Below, piece by piece: positions 42,034 through 52,214 of a DNA stretch of 64,000 bases (its first letter is position 1; each line of letters starts with the position of its first letter). Under the pieces are notes generated by a model that was given only the letters and a program-made list of their open reading frames with translations, had not been told where the DNA came from and ran no database searches. The position numbers were made by a program, and so were the translations under genes. Source of the DNA: Nitrosopumilus sp. GTDB taxonomy: Archaea > Thermoproteota > Nitrososphaeria > Nitrososphaerales > Nitrosopumilaceae. The stretch spans positions 2,336,001 to 2,400,000 of the forward strand of contig OZ245003.1 of assembly GCA_965223425.1 (NCBI GenBank), written 5' to 3'.

Positions 42034-42957
42034 TCACTGCAACCATTCACTGAGATCTTTTTTCTTGTTAGTCGCAACCTTGAACGCACTTTCCATTAGT
42101 TCGGTAGTTACTACATCCATGATTTTCTGGGTATCATCAATGATGTTCCTAGCACCTTCGTTATTTGTTGCAAAAATTAGGTCATACAACTTGTTTTCTC
42201 CTGTCTTGAAGACAGGGATTGTATAAACGAATTTTTTGTATTTTCTTACTTGGTTAAGATATATCCCAACTAATTCTTGTTGATTATTTGCATTTTTCCA
42301 TTCCTCATTTCCAAATAATTCGTTGAAATTTTTCTCCGCTTCTGAGTTTGGTTTTGCATGTGGTCTGTTTAATGCAAGGCTATAACTCATCAACGTGATG
42401 AAAATATCTGCTCTGTTAATGCTTAACAAACCACGTATGAGATTCCATGTAATTTCTTTGTATCCTTTAGGATCTACAAAAATCAAAAGCATATTTCCTT
42501 CTCTAACATACTTTTGTATTTCTTTTATAGAATCTTCAAAACTTCTACAAGCAGGACTGTATGTTCTATTACCAAGTGATGGCTTTAGAACTGACATTCT
42601 CTGTATTAATGCATCAATTGATTCTTGATTAACATCAGATAGAAAATAATCTGAAAATGGTTTCTTTTCATTATTCAGTGTTGCAATTAATGGGGAACCT
42701 GCAAACTTTTCATCTTTAAGCATGTCTTCTTCAAATCCAATAAGACCTGAACCACAATGAGTGTCTACATAGTACCAGTTATCAAAATGTTTTTTGTAAA
42801 TAACATGTGTTGCTGATATGTAATAGTCTAATGCAAGTAGTTTCTTTATTGACCAGACTTTACCATATGAAGGAATCAACCCATCGTTTTTGATTAGATT
42901 GATTTTTTCAACAATCTTTGTTATCCTTTGTTTTGACCATTCATATGGATCCTTCAT
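42034..42957 (-). CDS. tcmP: Three-Cys-motif partner protein (methyltransferase-like)
   Basis: WSIKKL..L..Y, YVDTHCGSG, GSPL, FVDPKG and YDLIFAT motifs; adjacent to a DUF5131 gene. Confidence 0.8.
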   Translation of the reverse strand: MKDPYEWSKQRITKIVEKINLIKNDGLIPSYGKVWSIKKLLALDYYISATHVIYKKHFDNWYYVDTHCGSGLIGFEEDMLKDEKFAGSPLIATLNNEKKPFSDYFLSDVNQESIDALIQRMSVLKPSLGNRTYSPACRSFEDSIKEIQKYVREGNMLLIFVDPKGYKEITWNLIRGLLSINRADIFITLMSYSLALNRPHAKPNSEAEKNFNELFGNEEWKNANNQQELVGIYLNQVRKYKKFVYTIPVFKTGENKLYDLIFATNNEGARNIIDDTQKIMDVVTTELMESAFKVATNKKKDLSEWLQ

Positions 42958-43078
42958 CTTACTCTGGATATGATGTGCAATTTATGATTTATAGATAGTT
43001 GTACGGACATTCTTGACTAGAATTTACACTTTGACCAATCCATCAATTTTTTTAATAGATGATTTATCAAAAAGTGGC

Positions 43079-43912
43079 ATGGCAAACAACTCTGCTATCG
43101 AATGGACAGAGTCAACCTGGAACCCAACCACTGGATGCGATAAAATCTCCACTGGGTGCAAGAACTGCTATGCAGAAAAAATGTCATTTAGATTAAAATC
43201 AATGGGGGTTGTGAAATACAAAAAAGGATTCAAGTTCGTTGAACATCCAGATGATCTGAAACTGCCTCTGACGTGGAAAAAACCACGAAAGGTTTTTGTT
43301 AACAGTATGTCGGACTTGTTTCATGAAAAGGCATCTTTTGAGTTCATTGGAAAATGTTTTGATGTCATGATTAAAGCTGATAAACACACTTACCAAATTC
43401 TTACAAAACGTTCTCACAACATGATGGAATTTTCATATGTATTTTGTGATTATTTTGGCTATAAAGTTCCATCCCACATATGGATGGGAGTCAGTGTTGA
43501 GAACAAAGACAGTGTCTGGAGAATTGACGAATTGGGAAAAGTCAAAGCTGAAACCAAGTTCGTTAGTTTTGAGCCATTGATCGGTCAGATTGGAAAACTT
43601 GATTTGAAGGAAATTGATTGGGCAATCATTGGGGGGGAAAGTGGGTTTAACCACCGCAGAGTGGAAAAAGACTGGATTATGGAAATCATAAGACAGTGCA
43701 ACAAACAAAAGGTTGCAGTATTTTTCAAACAGTGGGGAGGTATCAGACCAAAATCAGGCGGCAGGGAAATTAATGGCAGAGTTTATGATAAATATCCAAA
43801 AATCAAATACAGCAATCCGTTAAAGAAGATAGAGTTTGACGAGATTGCGTTTGCCAAACATTGCCTATTACGCAAAGTGCAAAAAAGAGAACAGGTCAAT
43901 GTTGTACAGTAG
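43079..43912 (+). CDS. DUF5131 (phage Gp37/Gp68-like, three-Cys motif) protein
   Basis: IEWT..TWNPTTGCDKISTGCKNCYA, FVNSMSDLF, ILTKR, SFEPL, GGESG and FFKQWGG. Confidence 0.92.
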   Translation: MANNSAIEWTESTWNPTTGCDKISTGCKNCYAEKMSFRLKSMGVVKYKKGFKFVEHPDDLKLPLTWKKPRKVFVNSMSDLFHEKASFEFIGKCFDVMIKADKHTYQILTKRSHNMMEFSYVFCDYFGYKVPSHIWMGVSVENKDSVWRIDELGKVKAETKFVSFEPLIGQIGKLDLKEIDWAIIGGESGFNHRRVEKDWIMEIIRQCNKQKVAVFFKQWGGIRPKSGGREINGRVYDKYPKIKYSNPLKKIEFDEIAFAKHCLLRKVQKREQVNVVQ

Positions 43913-43946
43913 AGTTGTTGTCAGGCAATCACTACATGCGGTTCTG

Positions 43947-44367
43947 CTAATTTTTCATGAGATCACCAAAATTTAGCAGCAGAGTCCAAGATGGCATTTC
44001 TTGACTTGGATCATCTATCAGTCTTTTTACTGTGTGTCTGTGGCATTTTTCCCCATTTCTCTCATAGCACAGCAGCGTGACGTCTGTTCTGCTGTGTATG
44101 GCCCTGAGCTTTCTCAGCGCGTCGATAACTTTGGGATCCCTACGGAACTCGGCTAATAGTTCCTCCTCAAATGCAGACCAGTCAATCTTGCTGTTTTTCC
44201 ACCTGTCCAGCAATGCAACGCTTGGGGCCAGCTCTTTTTTCCACTCGTCTGCACGCAGTCTTTTTTTTTGGTATGAATCGAGGATAGTATCTCGTTATCA
44301 AAACTCTGTACCCGTCCTTTTTCTCCGCTTTGTCATGTACAGATTTGGTCCGTATCATTATTGACAT
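43947..44367 (-). pseudogene. DUF488/YeaO-family gene frameshifted in a poly-A tract
   Basis: DGYRVLITRYYPR in one frame and DEWKKELAPS..VTLLCYE..CHR in another; the switch falls at A9 (44261-44269). Confidence 0.8.
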
Positions 44368-44600
44368 AAAAAAACAAGACCTGATAAAAAGATGGTCAAG
44401 TGCCAGTCATTAGTCAGTTAGACTATGGTTCAATTTGGGTGAATCATATCACCAAAATAAAACAGCAGTGTTGTCTGGGGTCTGATGCTGCTTGCTTTTG
44501 GACAGTTAGCTGTATGGATCACAGGTGGATTGGGCCTGTCTTCTAATCTCTCAAAGCCGTTGCAAGCATTTCTGAAAGGGGGGATGATGCTTGATGAATA

Positions 44601-45080
44601 TCAATACTCTATCTCTACAACATAAGATAGTTTATCTGAAAATATTTTTTTTGCACTGATACCTTCAACTTGAGAATCATCTTGAATAATCAACGGGATT
44701 GTCGGATCAATATCAGGTTCCTGATCAAATAGTTTACTTGGGTTGAAATTATTTCTGCCTGGTTCTTCACGAGCATGTGAAATATGGTCACATACGCCTG
44801 CAATCAAACTGTCTAAATCCCCGATGTACCTTTTTTCATCATCATCTCCTGTTTGTTTATAATTTCTATCATCAATATTTGGCGCATACACAGTTAGATC
44901 CAGTTTTACAGGAGATGTTATACATTTGTCACGGCCCGCCTTTCCTCTGGCTTTTAATGCCGCCTTTCGTAATTTTATAATCAGACTGGCATTGTCTCCG
45001 CCCCATTTAGATTTTTGGGGAGGCTTGCCATCAACTGTGAAGACAATTTTTGAATTACCAAACAAAGATCTAAATTTCAT
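44601..45080 (-). CDS. RusA-like Holliday junction resolvase-family protein
   Basis: FTVDGKPP, GDLDSL..VCD and IQDDSQV motifs. Confidence 0.6.
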   Translation of the reverse strand: MKFRSLFGNSKIVFTVDGKPPQKSKWGGDNASLIIKLRKAALKARGKAGRDKCITSPVKLDLTVYAPNIDDRNYKQTGDDDEKRYIGDLDSLIAGVCDHISHAREEPGRNNFNPSKLFDQEPDIDPTIPLIIQDDSQVEGISAKKIFSDKLSYVVEIEY

Positions 45081-45227
45081 ATTTTTTATTCAGCTCCACT
45101 ATATACATTGGTTTTGTTTGTTACTTGTAATTCTTTAGTGCTCTCTTCATGTCACGATTCACTGCAAGCGTATCCTTTTTTTGTCCGAGTCTTTTGTTTT
45201 TGTCAAATCCGATTAAGTTTTTAAAAG

Positions 45228-45392
45228 TCATACAGGAATTCTTCTGAATTGAGGTTTTGACTTTGCCAAATATTTGGCCTTGGCATAAACTTCTGCTAGA
45301 TCTATTCCCTCAGCAATGATTTTTTCATCCTCAAGTGCAATCCATTTACTAGGAAATCTAGATTTGGTTGTAGGTTGTGCAGATTTGCCCAT
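45228..45392 (-). CDS. Small DUF5678-like protein (54 aa, absent from the ORF track)
   Basis: Translates as MGKSAQPTTKSRFPSKWIALEDEKIIAEGIDLAEVYAKAK..RIPV. Confidence 0.55.
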   Translation of the reverse strand: MGKSAQPTTKSRFPSKWIALEDEKIIAEGIDLAEVYAKAKYLAKSKPQFRRIPV

Positions 45393-45439
45393 AGTGGTAT
45401 AGCTTCCCAGATAGTATAATTAGTTTTTCCGTTATTACA

Positions 45440-45764
45440 CTTTGTTGAGAATGAGCTTTGAGAGCTATAGACGCTATACAAGATTTTCGAGACGGCAGAC
45501 TCGCAGATCTACCGCTTTATGGCACCCGTACAGCCTGCGCCGCAAAACCAAAGGAGCCTTTTATTCGATGGTTCATGCCCAAAGTGCAAGCACAATCTTA
45601 AAGTTCAGGTCAACCTAGAAAAGAATATGCCACTAGAAAACGGTGCTGTAGCGTATCCAGTCTCGACTGATTCGGCTGACTGTCCCAAATGTGGCGAAAA
45701 AATAAATCTGTTGCCGTTACGTCAACAAATAGAATCGCAGTCTGGAAAAAAGGTGGTCGAATAA
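45440..45764 (+). pseudogene. Zn-ribbon C-terminal fragment, possibly of an SDH-family Clp protease
   Basis: YKIFET..SQIYRF then CPKC..CPKCG..LRQQIESQ; the 5' part is missing. Confidence 0.4.
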
Positions 45765-45765
45765 A

Positions 45766-45948
45766 ATGGCAGAAGACAGATTTAAAATAATTTTTGAACA
45801 TATGGACAACGAGATCAGAGAACAGGCCGAATTACAGACAGATGCAATAAAAGACACGTTAGAACAAAGCGATGAGATAAAGAAATTGATCGAGATCATC
45901 AACGACGCAACACCGACCTACGAGCCTCTTCTTTATTCAAGCTCCTAG
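45766..45948 (+). CDS. Small hypothetical protein
   Basis: ATG 1 bp after the upstream stop; helical and acidic. Confidence 0.45.
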   Translation: MAEDRFKIIFEHMDNEIREQAELQTDAIKDTLEQSDEIKKLIEIINDATPTYEPLLYSSS

Positions 45949-46327
45949 ATTCCAATTCCTTGGTTTGAAATTTAGACCGAACCCAACTCAAAGCGTAGTG
46001 ATGTTTCGATTCACGATGGCCGAACTTCAAATCATTTCTTGGACTTTCTACAGGTTCTGCACCATGACTGAGGCCTTGTTATTCCGTCTATGTTTCGAAA
46101 ACCGAACTCCTTTTCTATCTCTTGTTTAGTTTCAGTTGTTTTGTTGAACTTGGGGCATTTTGCAACTCTTGTGCAAAGATCTCTGTCTTGGCGTCTTGTG
46201 CTGAGTCAGTGATAAGCGTGCATAGATTTGATCAGATCACTTTATTCTTTGTAATACTTTACAATGGATCCACTATGATATACGGGAGCTGCACAAGAGA
46301 TTCATATGGCTACACGTACAGAGAGGT

Positions 46328-46567
46328 ATGAATGAAACGACATCATTGTTACCCCCAAGTGAATCTCAGTATCTTGCCCAATACGTATGTGATGAACTAG
46401 ACAAAGTAGTCGGAGACAACAGAAAAGAGGTCATCAAACAAACTGCAATAGATATTGTTACAGACCTAATAAAAGAAGACAAAAAATTAGCAAGTGATGT
46501 ACGTGCCGAATTACTAATGTCCTATCCTAAAATTGTAACAGACAATGATCTACCTCAAGTTCAATAA
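46328..46567 (+). CDS. Small hypothetical protein
   Basis: ATG preceded by GAGG; plausible composition. Confidence 0.45.
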   Translation: MNETTSLLPPSESQYLAQYVCDELDKVVGDNRKEVIKQTAIDIVTDLIKEDKKLASDVRAELLMSYPKIVTDNDLPQVQ

Positions 46568-46627
46568 TTGTTAATTACGCCTCGATGTTTGAGAGTTGCC
46601 GCATCTTATTCCCAGGCAAAATCTAGG

Positions 46628-47605
46628 TTACGGCTCCAAGCCCAATACCCTCGGAAGTAGGTTGATTGAATCCAACACCAGTACGGCCTCATTGCGCCGA
46701 AACAGTTCGAGTTTTTCCTGTGGGTTTTTGCTTGTGCCAATAATTCCGCAGAAAACTGTTTTGCTTCCCATGCCAGTGGCCTTGGCGGCCATGATGAAAT
46801 CTTCCATGGAATCCCCGACATAAAGCGTAAAGTTCCCGTTCATTCCCTTAATGGAATCAACAAGCGGTTCAGGGTTGGGCTTGGCAAGCTCCCTTGGCTC
46901 ATCTTCCAAAAATTTGGAATTTTTCAGATCAAATTTTTCCGTCAGCTCTTTTAAAGAGTAGCTTGCAGCTTCCTTTCCCCTTCCAGTCACCATTGCAATT
47001 TTTGAGCCAAACTTTTTTTGCAGTCTTTCAGCTAGCGAATTATCCAGAATCACCTCATCTTGCTCAATCAAGCCCGGTTCGGAGAACCTGGAGGGACTCC
47101 CAAACAGTTTTTGGTACAACTCAGGCCCGTAGAAAAGCTGATCAAACACCTGATACAGGGGGGTGTCATGATGTAAGCCTGGATAGGACAGCTTGCTTTT
47201 GATTTCAGAGATGTCAGCTTGATCTTCGACGTATTTTTCCACAGAAGGAATGCCGCTTGAATCGGCGTTTTTTATCACGTCAAAAATAAAACCGGTCTGA
47301 TCTTTTTCCAGTTTTTTTGCGGCAGCCAGCGAGATTATTGCAGCATATGCAAGATCAACCTCGTCATTGAATCCCCCGGTAGATTTGAATCCATCAATAA
47401 TCCTGTAGTCAACGTTGATGGCACCGTAAATATCTGCGTAATTCTCCAAAACGTATCGCGCTGTTTGAATGATTGCAGAGTCGTATGATTTTGTAACGTC
47501 AATTAAGACGCCGTCGCAATCAAAGATTACAGAATCGATGTCGCTTAATGCGCCAATTCCAGAATCATCAATGTAGATTCCCTCGGATTTTTTCCTCAGA
47601 GTCAT
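46628..47605 (-). CDS. HAD-family phosphatase (candidate histidinol-phosphatase)
   Basis: FDCDGV, TGR, KPNP and VGDS..D motifs; overlaps hisC. Confidence 0.85.
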   Translation of the reverse strand: MTLRKKSEGIYIDDSGIGALSDIDSVIFDCDGVLIDVTKSYDSAIIQTARYVLENYADIYGAINVDYRIIDGFKSTGGFNDEVDLAYAAIISLAAAKKLEKDQTGFIFDVIKNADSSGIPSVEKYVEDQADISEIKSKLSYPGLHHDTPLYQVFDQLFYGPELYQKLFGSPSRFSEPGLIEQDEVILDNSLAERLQKKFGSKIAMVTGRGKEAASYSLKELTEKFDLKNSKFLEDEPRELAKPNPEPLVDSIKGMNGNFTLYVGDSMEDFIMAAKATGMGSKTVFCGIIGTSKNPQEKLELFRRNEAVLVLDSINLLPRVLGLEP

Positions 47606-48672
47606 TCCAGCAAGTCACGAACAGCCAGCAGGAATTTTGAATTCATTTCTTTTGTTCCAACTGTCACTCTAAGACATCCCTCGTGTTCTCCTATTTTACC
47701 TAATTTGCGAATTGAAATGCCCTGTTCGGCTAGTGCGGCGTAGACCCGCTTGTAGGCCCCGTGGGCATCAAACAATACAAAGTTGGCCTTGGACTCGAAG
47801 ACCTCAAAGGCGCCGTATTTCCGCAGATTCTCAATGATTCTCTTTCTTTCAGTTTTGATGGTGCTTACCGTGTCTTTCACAAGGTTTGATCTTTCTAGAG
47901 CCAGAATTCCAGACTGGATTGTTATCGTACTGAGGGGATACGGGTACTGCAGGACGTTCATAAACGCATCAGTGAACCTCTTGCCTGCCACAAAATATCC
48001 CAACCTAAGACCGGCCAAACCAAATGATTTGGAAAGGGTTTGCACGACAACCAGGTTCTTCTGGGTTTTTACCATGCCCGAAAGGGAGTAATCACCAAAC
48101 GCCCCATAGGCCTCATCAACTATTGCAAGCCCATCAAAGGACCTGATCAGTTTCTGCAGTTCGTTTTTTGAAAACTGAAATCCCGTAGGATTGTTTGGGG
48201 AGTCAAGATAGAGAATGTCTGCATTTTTGGACTGTCTTATGAAATCCTCGACGTCCAGTTTCATGTCATCTGCAAACGGAACTGCAATCAGAGGAATCGA
48301 GTACAGCTTGCATCGCTCTTCAAAAAACCCGAAAGTGGGATCAGAGGTGAGAACCTTGGTCTGCTTTGATGCAAAGTTAGAAAGTATCAAATCCAAAATT
48401 TGGTCAGAGCCATTGCCAACCCCAATCATGGAGGAGGGCACTTTGGCAAATTTGGATATGCCCTGAATCAGTTGTTCTGTCCCGCCAAGAGGGTATTCCC
48501 TTACGTCGGATTTTTTTCTTGCCTGGGACATGATGTCGTTTTGAAACTGTTTTGATACCACATAGTTCTCATTAGAGTCAAGCTTTAGCGCATTCTGACT
48601 GAGTTCAGGTTTTTGATATCCTCCGATGGAAGAAAAGTTCCTTATTTTCTCCTCAAGCCAGTTTTTTTTCAT
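47602..48672 (-). CDS. hisC: Histidinol-phosphate aminotransferase
   Basis: NEN, GNGSD, PNNPTG, DEAY, TLSKSFGLAGLRLG. Confidence 0.95.
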   Translation of the reverse strand: MKKNWLEEKIRNFSSIGGYQKPELSQNALKLDSNENYVVSKQFQNDIMSQARKKSDVREYPLGGTEQLIQGISKFAKVPSSMIGVGNGSDQILDLILSNFASKQTKVLTSDPTFGFFEERCKLYSIPLIAVPFADDMKLDVEDFIRQSKNADILYLDSPNNPTGFQFSKNELQKLIRSFDGLAIVDEAYGAFGDYSLSGMVKTQKNLVVVQTLSKSFGLAGLRLGYFVAGKRFTDAFMNVLQYPYPLSTITIQSGILALERSNLVKDTVSTIKTERKRIIENLRKYGAFEVFESKANFVLFDAHGAYKRVYAALAEQGISIRKLGKIGEHEGCLRVTVGTKEMNSKFLLAVRDLLE

Positions 48673-49943
48673 TTTAACCTGCCTTTGACTGCCTCATAGT
48701 GGTTTGGCAGCCCTTCGGATTTTGTTAAAACTTCAAGATGCTTTGAAATTTTGGATAGCGAGGATTTGGACGAGGTGACCTGGGTGTTTATCTTGAGAAA
48801 GTCCAGAACTGAGAGCGGGCCGCGGGTTTTTCCAAATCCGTTGGTAGGCAAGATGTGATCTGAGCCCAAGATGTAGTCGCTGGCAGACGAGGGGGAGTAT
48901 CCCCCAAGCAGGACCAGCCCTGGCGTGGTAATTTTTGAGGAAAAAGCCCTTGGATTTTTTGTCATTATCTGCAGGTGTTCGGGAGCCAGGATATTTGCAA
49001 GCTTGATCATGTCATAACTGGTTTTACAGATTGCAATAAAACCATTATTTCCAAGACTTGGTTTTGCAATGGCCTGTCTTTGAATTTTTGGCAGCAGTTC
49101 AGAAACAATGTTTTTTACGGATTGGGCAAGCCTCTCAGAGGTGGTGATCAGGTAACAAAAGGTGTCACTGCTGTGCTCTGCCTGGGAAATGAGGTCCAGT
49201 GCAGCAAAGTTTGGATTGGCCGAGCTGTCTGCAACAATTCCTAGCTCAGTGGGGCCTGCAAGCATGTCGATTCCTGTCTGGTCACTTAGCAGATATTTTG
49301 CATTGGAAACAAACGGGCCCCCGGGGCCAACAATCTTGTCAACCTTAGGAATGGTTCTGGTGCCATACGACAGTCCGGCAATTGCCTGGGCGCCGCCTGT
49401 TTTGTAAATTTCATCAACGCCGCAGATGCTTGCAGCAACGACTGTCAGCGGATCAATTCTTCCGTTTGAGTCCGGAGGGGACACCACCACAACTCTTTTG
49501 ACGCCGGCAATCTTGGCTGGAACAGCAGACATTATTACGGAGCTTGGATACCTTGCCAGTCCGCCCGGGACATAACACCCAACGCTTTTGATTGGAACAA
49601 ATTTTTTAGAAATTTTAATTCCGTCATTGCTGACTGTTATATTTTTCAAAAGAGACTTTATTGCGGTTTCTGTTTTTGCTAGCCTGGCTTTGGCTAGACG
49701 CAGCGCATCAAGCTCGGTTTTGGAGACTTTGGAATACGCATTTTTTATTTCTGTCTGGGACAAACGTAATGAGGAAATATCAGCGCCGCCAAATTTTCTT
49801 TCATATTTTCGTATTGCCTTGTCGCCGTTTTTTTTGACGTCTTTTAGAATTGATTCTACTATGGTTCTGTTTTTTTGAGGCTGTTTTGGGACTATCTTGG
49901 CTGCAAATTTTTCAACGTTGGTTACTTTGATTATTCTCATCAA
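48669..49943 (-). CDS. hisD: Histidinol dehydrogenase
   Basis: YVPGG, GGAQAIA, IDMLAGPTE, SQAEH, APEHL. Confidence 0.96.
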   Translation of the reverse strand: MMRIIKVTNVEKFAAKIVPKQPQKNRTIVESILKDVKKNGDKAIRKYERKFGGADISSLRLSQTEIKNAYSKVSKTELDALRLAKARLAKTETAIKSLLKNITVSNDGIKISKKFVPIKSVGCYVPGGLARYPSSVIMSAVPAKIAGVKRVVVVSPPDSNGRIDPLTVVAASICGVDEIYKTGGAQAIAGLSYGTRTIPKVDKIVGPGGPFVSNAKYLLSDQTGIDMLAGPTELGIVADSSANPNFAALDLISQAEHSSDTFCYLITTSERLAQSVKNIVSELLPKIQRQAIAKPSLGNNGFIAICKTSYDMIKLANILAPEHLQIMTKNPRAFSSKITTPGLVLLGGYSPSSASDYILGSDHILPTNGFGKTRGPLSVLDFLKINTQVTSSKSSLSKISKHLEVLTKSEGLPNHYEAVKGRLK

Positions 49944-50923
49944 TTCTCTTCGTCACGCTTTATCTCCTCGAGCTCTAGAATTTGTCGCGGTTCATGAACT
50001 ACGAGGCCTTGGGCAATCTTCCTCAGTTTGGGAATGAGTTTGTGGAACTCGTCCTTTCTGATTACTGTGTTTACCCCAAACCACCCCTGCTCGCTTAGCG
50101 GGCTTATGGTGGGCTTTTTGAGGGAGGGCATCTGCGTTAGAAGCTCTTTCAGGTTCTTTTCTTCAACGTTTAGATATACGTGCAGGTATTTTCTGCCGTT
50201 CACGGCTCCTCTCATCAGGGTTACAATGTCAAATATTTTTTCGCGTTTTTTTGGATCCTTTAGTGACTTTTTGTTTGCAATCAGGTGCGCAGTGGAAGTA
50301 AGCACCTCATCGACAATTTTTAGCTTGTTTTGCTTGAGGGTTGTTCCAGTTTCAGTGACGTCCATTATTGCATCCACATCTTCGGGAGGCTTTGCCTCAG
50401 TGGCGCCAAATGACAGGTGAATTTGGACGCCTTTGTTGGTTCCCAACCTAACCCAGGGGGTTACAATTAGAGGATCCGCAGAGCCGTAATATTTTTTGTA
50501 GGATTTTGACTGTTTTAGAAATTTAGATGCCGTAATAAGATATTCTGAGGATATGCGAAGCGTTTTTTTCTTTTTGCCATAATCTGCAATCATTTCATCG
50601 AGGTTCCTGTAGCGATACTTGTCTGGAAAGGCTATTACCAGCCTGATTTTGCCGTACTCCAAATCTAAAATCGGATCCACATCAGAGTTTGTTTCGCCAA
50701 CCCAGTCCTTGCCGGTAATGCCCACGTCGTACAATCCTTCTGCAACCAGGGTCGGAATCTCTTGGGGACGAAGCATCTTGACTATAATTTTTGGATCATC
50801 AAGATAAACGCGGTAGGTTCTGCTTTTTCGGTTAACTTTGGTCCAGGATCTTTCCAACAGCTTGAAAGTGGCCTCCTCCAGACTTCCCTTGGGGATGGCA
50901 AATTTTACTTCAGGCATTTCCAA
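49940..50923 (-). CDS. hisG: ATP phosphoribosyltransferase (long form)
   Basis: AIPKGSL, DVGITGKD, GATEA, ETGTTLKQN, plus C-terminal regulatory domain. Confidence 0.95.
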   Translation of the reverse strand: MEMPEVKFAIPKGSLEEATFKLLERSWTKVNRKSRTYRVYLDDPKIIVKMLRPQEIPTLVAEGLYDVGITGKDWVGETNSDVDPILDLEYGKIRLVIAFPDKYRYRNLDEMIADYGKKKKTLRISSEYLITASKFLKQSKSYKKYYGSADPLIVTPWVRLGTNKGVQIHLSFGATEAKPPEDVDAIMDVTETGTTLKQNKLKIVDEVLTSTAHLIANKKSLKDPKKREKIFDIVTLMRGAVNGRKYLHVYLNVEEKNLKELLTQMPSLKKPTISPLSEQGWFGVNTVIRKDEFHKLIPKLRKIAQGLVVHEPRQILELEEIKRDEEN

Positions 50924-50956
50924 TTGTTTTCATCTTTTAGGTATATAATCGCATGT

Positions 50957-52213
50957 TTAAATTTGCCCAAGTATCTCCTGAGCTCTGGCCAGTGAAATTT
51001 TCTTTTCCTCAACCATTTTTTGAGCAATTTCATCTATCTGTCCGGGTTTAGCTCCTGCAGCAGCGGCAAGATTTCTTGCATGCAGACGCATGTGTCCTTT
51101 TTGAATCCCCTCAGTTGCAAGTGCTTTGATGGCACTGTAATTCTGGGCCAGGCCGGTTGCAGCCATTACGCATGCAAGTTCTGGTGCAGACGAAACTCCA
51201 AGAATCCTTGCACAGACCTTTGCTACAGGATGGACGTTTGCAATGCCGCCGACCGTACCGACTGGCAGGGGAACCTCCAAAGTTCCAACCAGATTGCCGT
51301 CACTGTCCTTACTCCATTTACTAAGGGAGCGGTATCTGCCAGATTTTGCAGCATACGCGTTTGCCGCAGCTTCAATGGCCCTGCTGTCCTGGCCAACTGC
51401 GTTTGCGACAGATATGATCCCATTCATGATTCCTTTGTTGTGGGTTACTGCTCGATGAACATCATTGTCAGCAAATTCAAATGCCAGGACGATGTCATCG
51501 ACTGTTTGTCTGCCTCCAACTGCGTCTTTTTCAAACACTGCCTTTGCTTTGGCAATCCTCCTAGTAGAATAGTTTGACAGTATGCGAAGCAGGGTTCTAC
51601 CACCTGAAATCTTTTCAATCAGCGGGGAGACGGCCTCGCACATTGTATTTGTAACATTTGCGCCCATGGCATCCCCGACATCAATTAGGATCTCCGCGAT
51701 GAGCATTTTTCCAGACGGCGCATCGATTTCTTTGCAGGAAATCTCTTTGGCGCCTTTGCCCATTTTGGACAGGGTGTTACTTTTGGAATTTGCCAGCTGC
51801 AGAATTTCACTTGAAGCATCGTTGATTCTCTGAGTTGCAGAAGGAATGTCAACATCTAAGACTTGAATTTGGCCAATGCTGTAGGATTCGTCTGCTGTAA
51901 CTTCAAATCCGCCCTTGATTCGTGCGGCTTTGGCCCCCTTGGATGCTGCTGCAATTACGGATGGCTCCTCAATGACCATTGGAACAATGCAGTCTTTTCC
52001 GTTAATCTTGAAATTCGTTGCAAGGCCCAGTGGCAATGAGAATGTGCCAATGGCATTTTCCACCATTTTATCTGCCTTGTCAAAAGAAATTCCGCCGTTA
52101 TCACTCTGCAGAATATCTAATTCCTCATCAGAGAGATTTGCAAAGTTTGCGACAATGTCCAGTCTTTCCTTTCTTGATTTTTCAAAAAATTTTGAAATTG
52201 ACGAATCAGGCAT
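50957..52213 (-). CDS. mvaA: HMG-CoA reductase (class II)
   Basis: ENAIG, EEPSVIAA, GDAMGAN, THNKGIMNG, GIQKGHM. Confidence 0.93.
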   Translation of the reverse strand: MPDSSISKFFEKSRKERLDIVANFANLSDEELDILQSDNGGISFDKADKMVENAIGTFSLPLGLATNFKINGKDCIVPMVIEEPSVIAAASKGAKAARIKGGFEVTADESYSIGQIQVLDVDIPSATQRINDASSEILQLANSKSNTLSKMGKGAKEISCKEIDAPSGKMLIAEILIDVGDAMGANVTNTMCEAVSPLIEKISGGRTLLRILSNYSTRRIAKAKAVFEKDAVGGRQTVDDIVLAFEFADNDVHRAVTHNKGIMNGIISVANAVGQDSRAIEAAANAYAAKSGRYRSLSKWSKDSDGNLVGTLEVPLPVGTVGGIANVHPVAKVCARILGVSSAPELACVMAATGLAQNYSAIKALATEGIQKGHMRLHARNLAAAAGAKPGQIDEIAQKMVEEKKISLARAQEILGQI

Positions 52214-52214
52214 T

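Noticed and set aside
44259-44270. Programmed -1 frameshift at A_AAA_AAG in the DUF488 gene
   Set aside because: A -1 slip leads to the wrong frame; the downstream domain needs +1 or -2.
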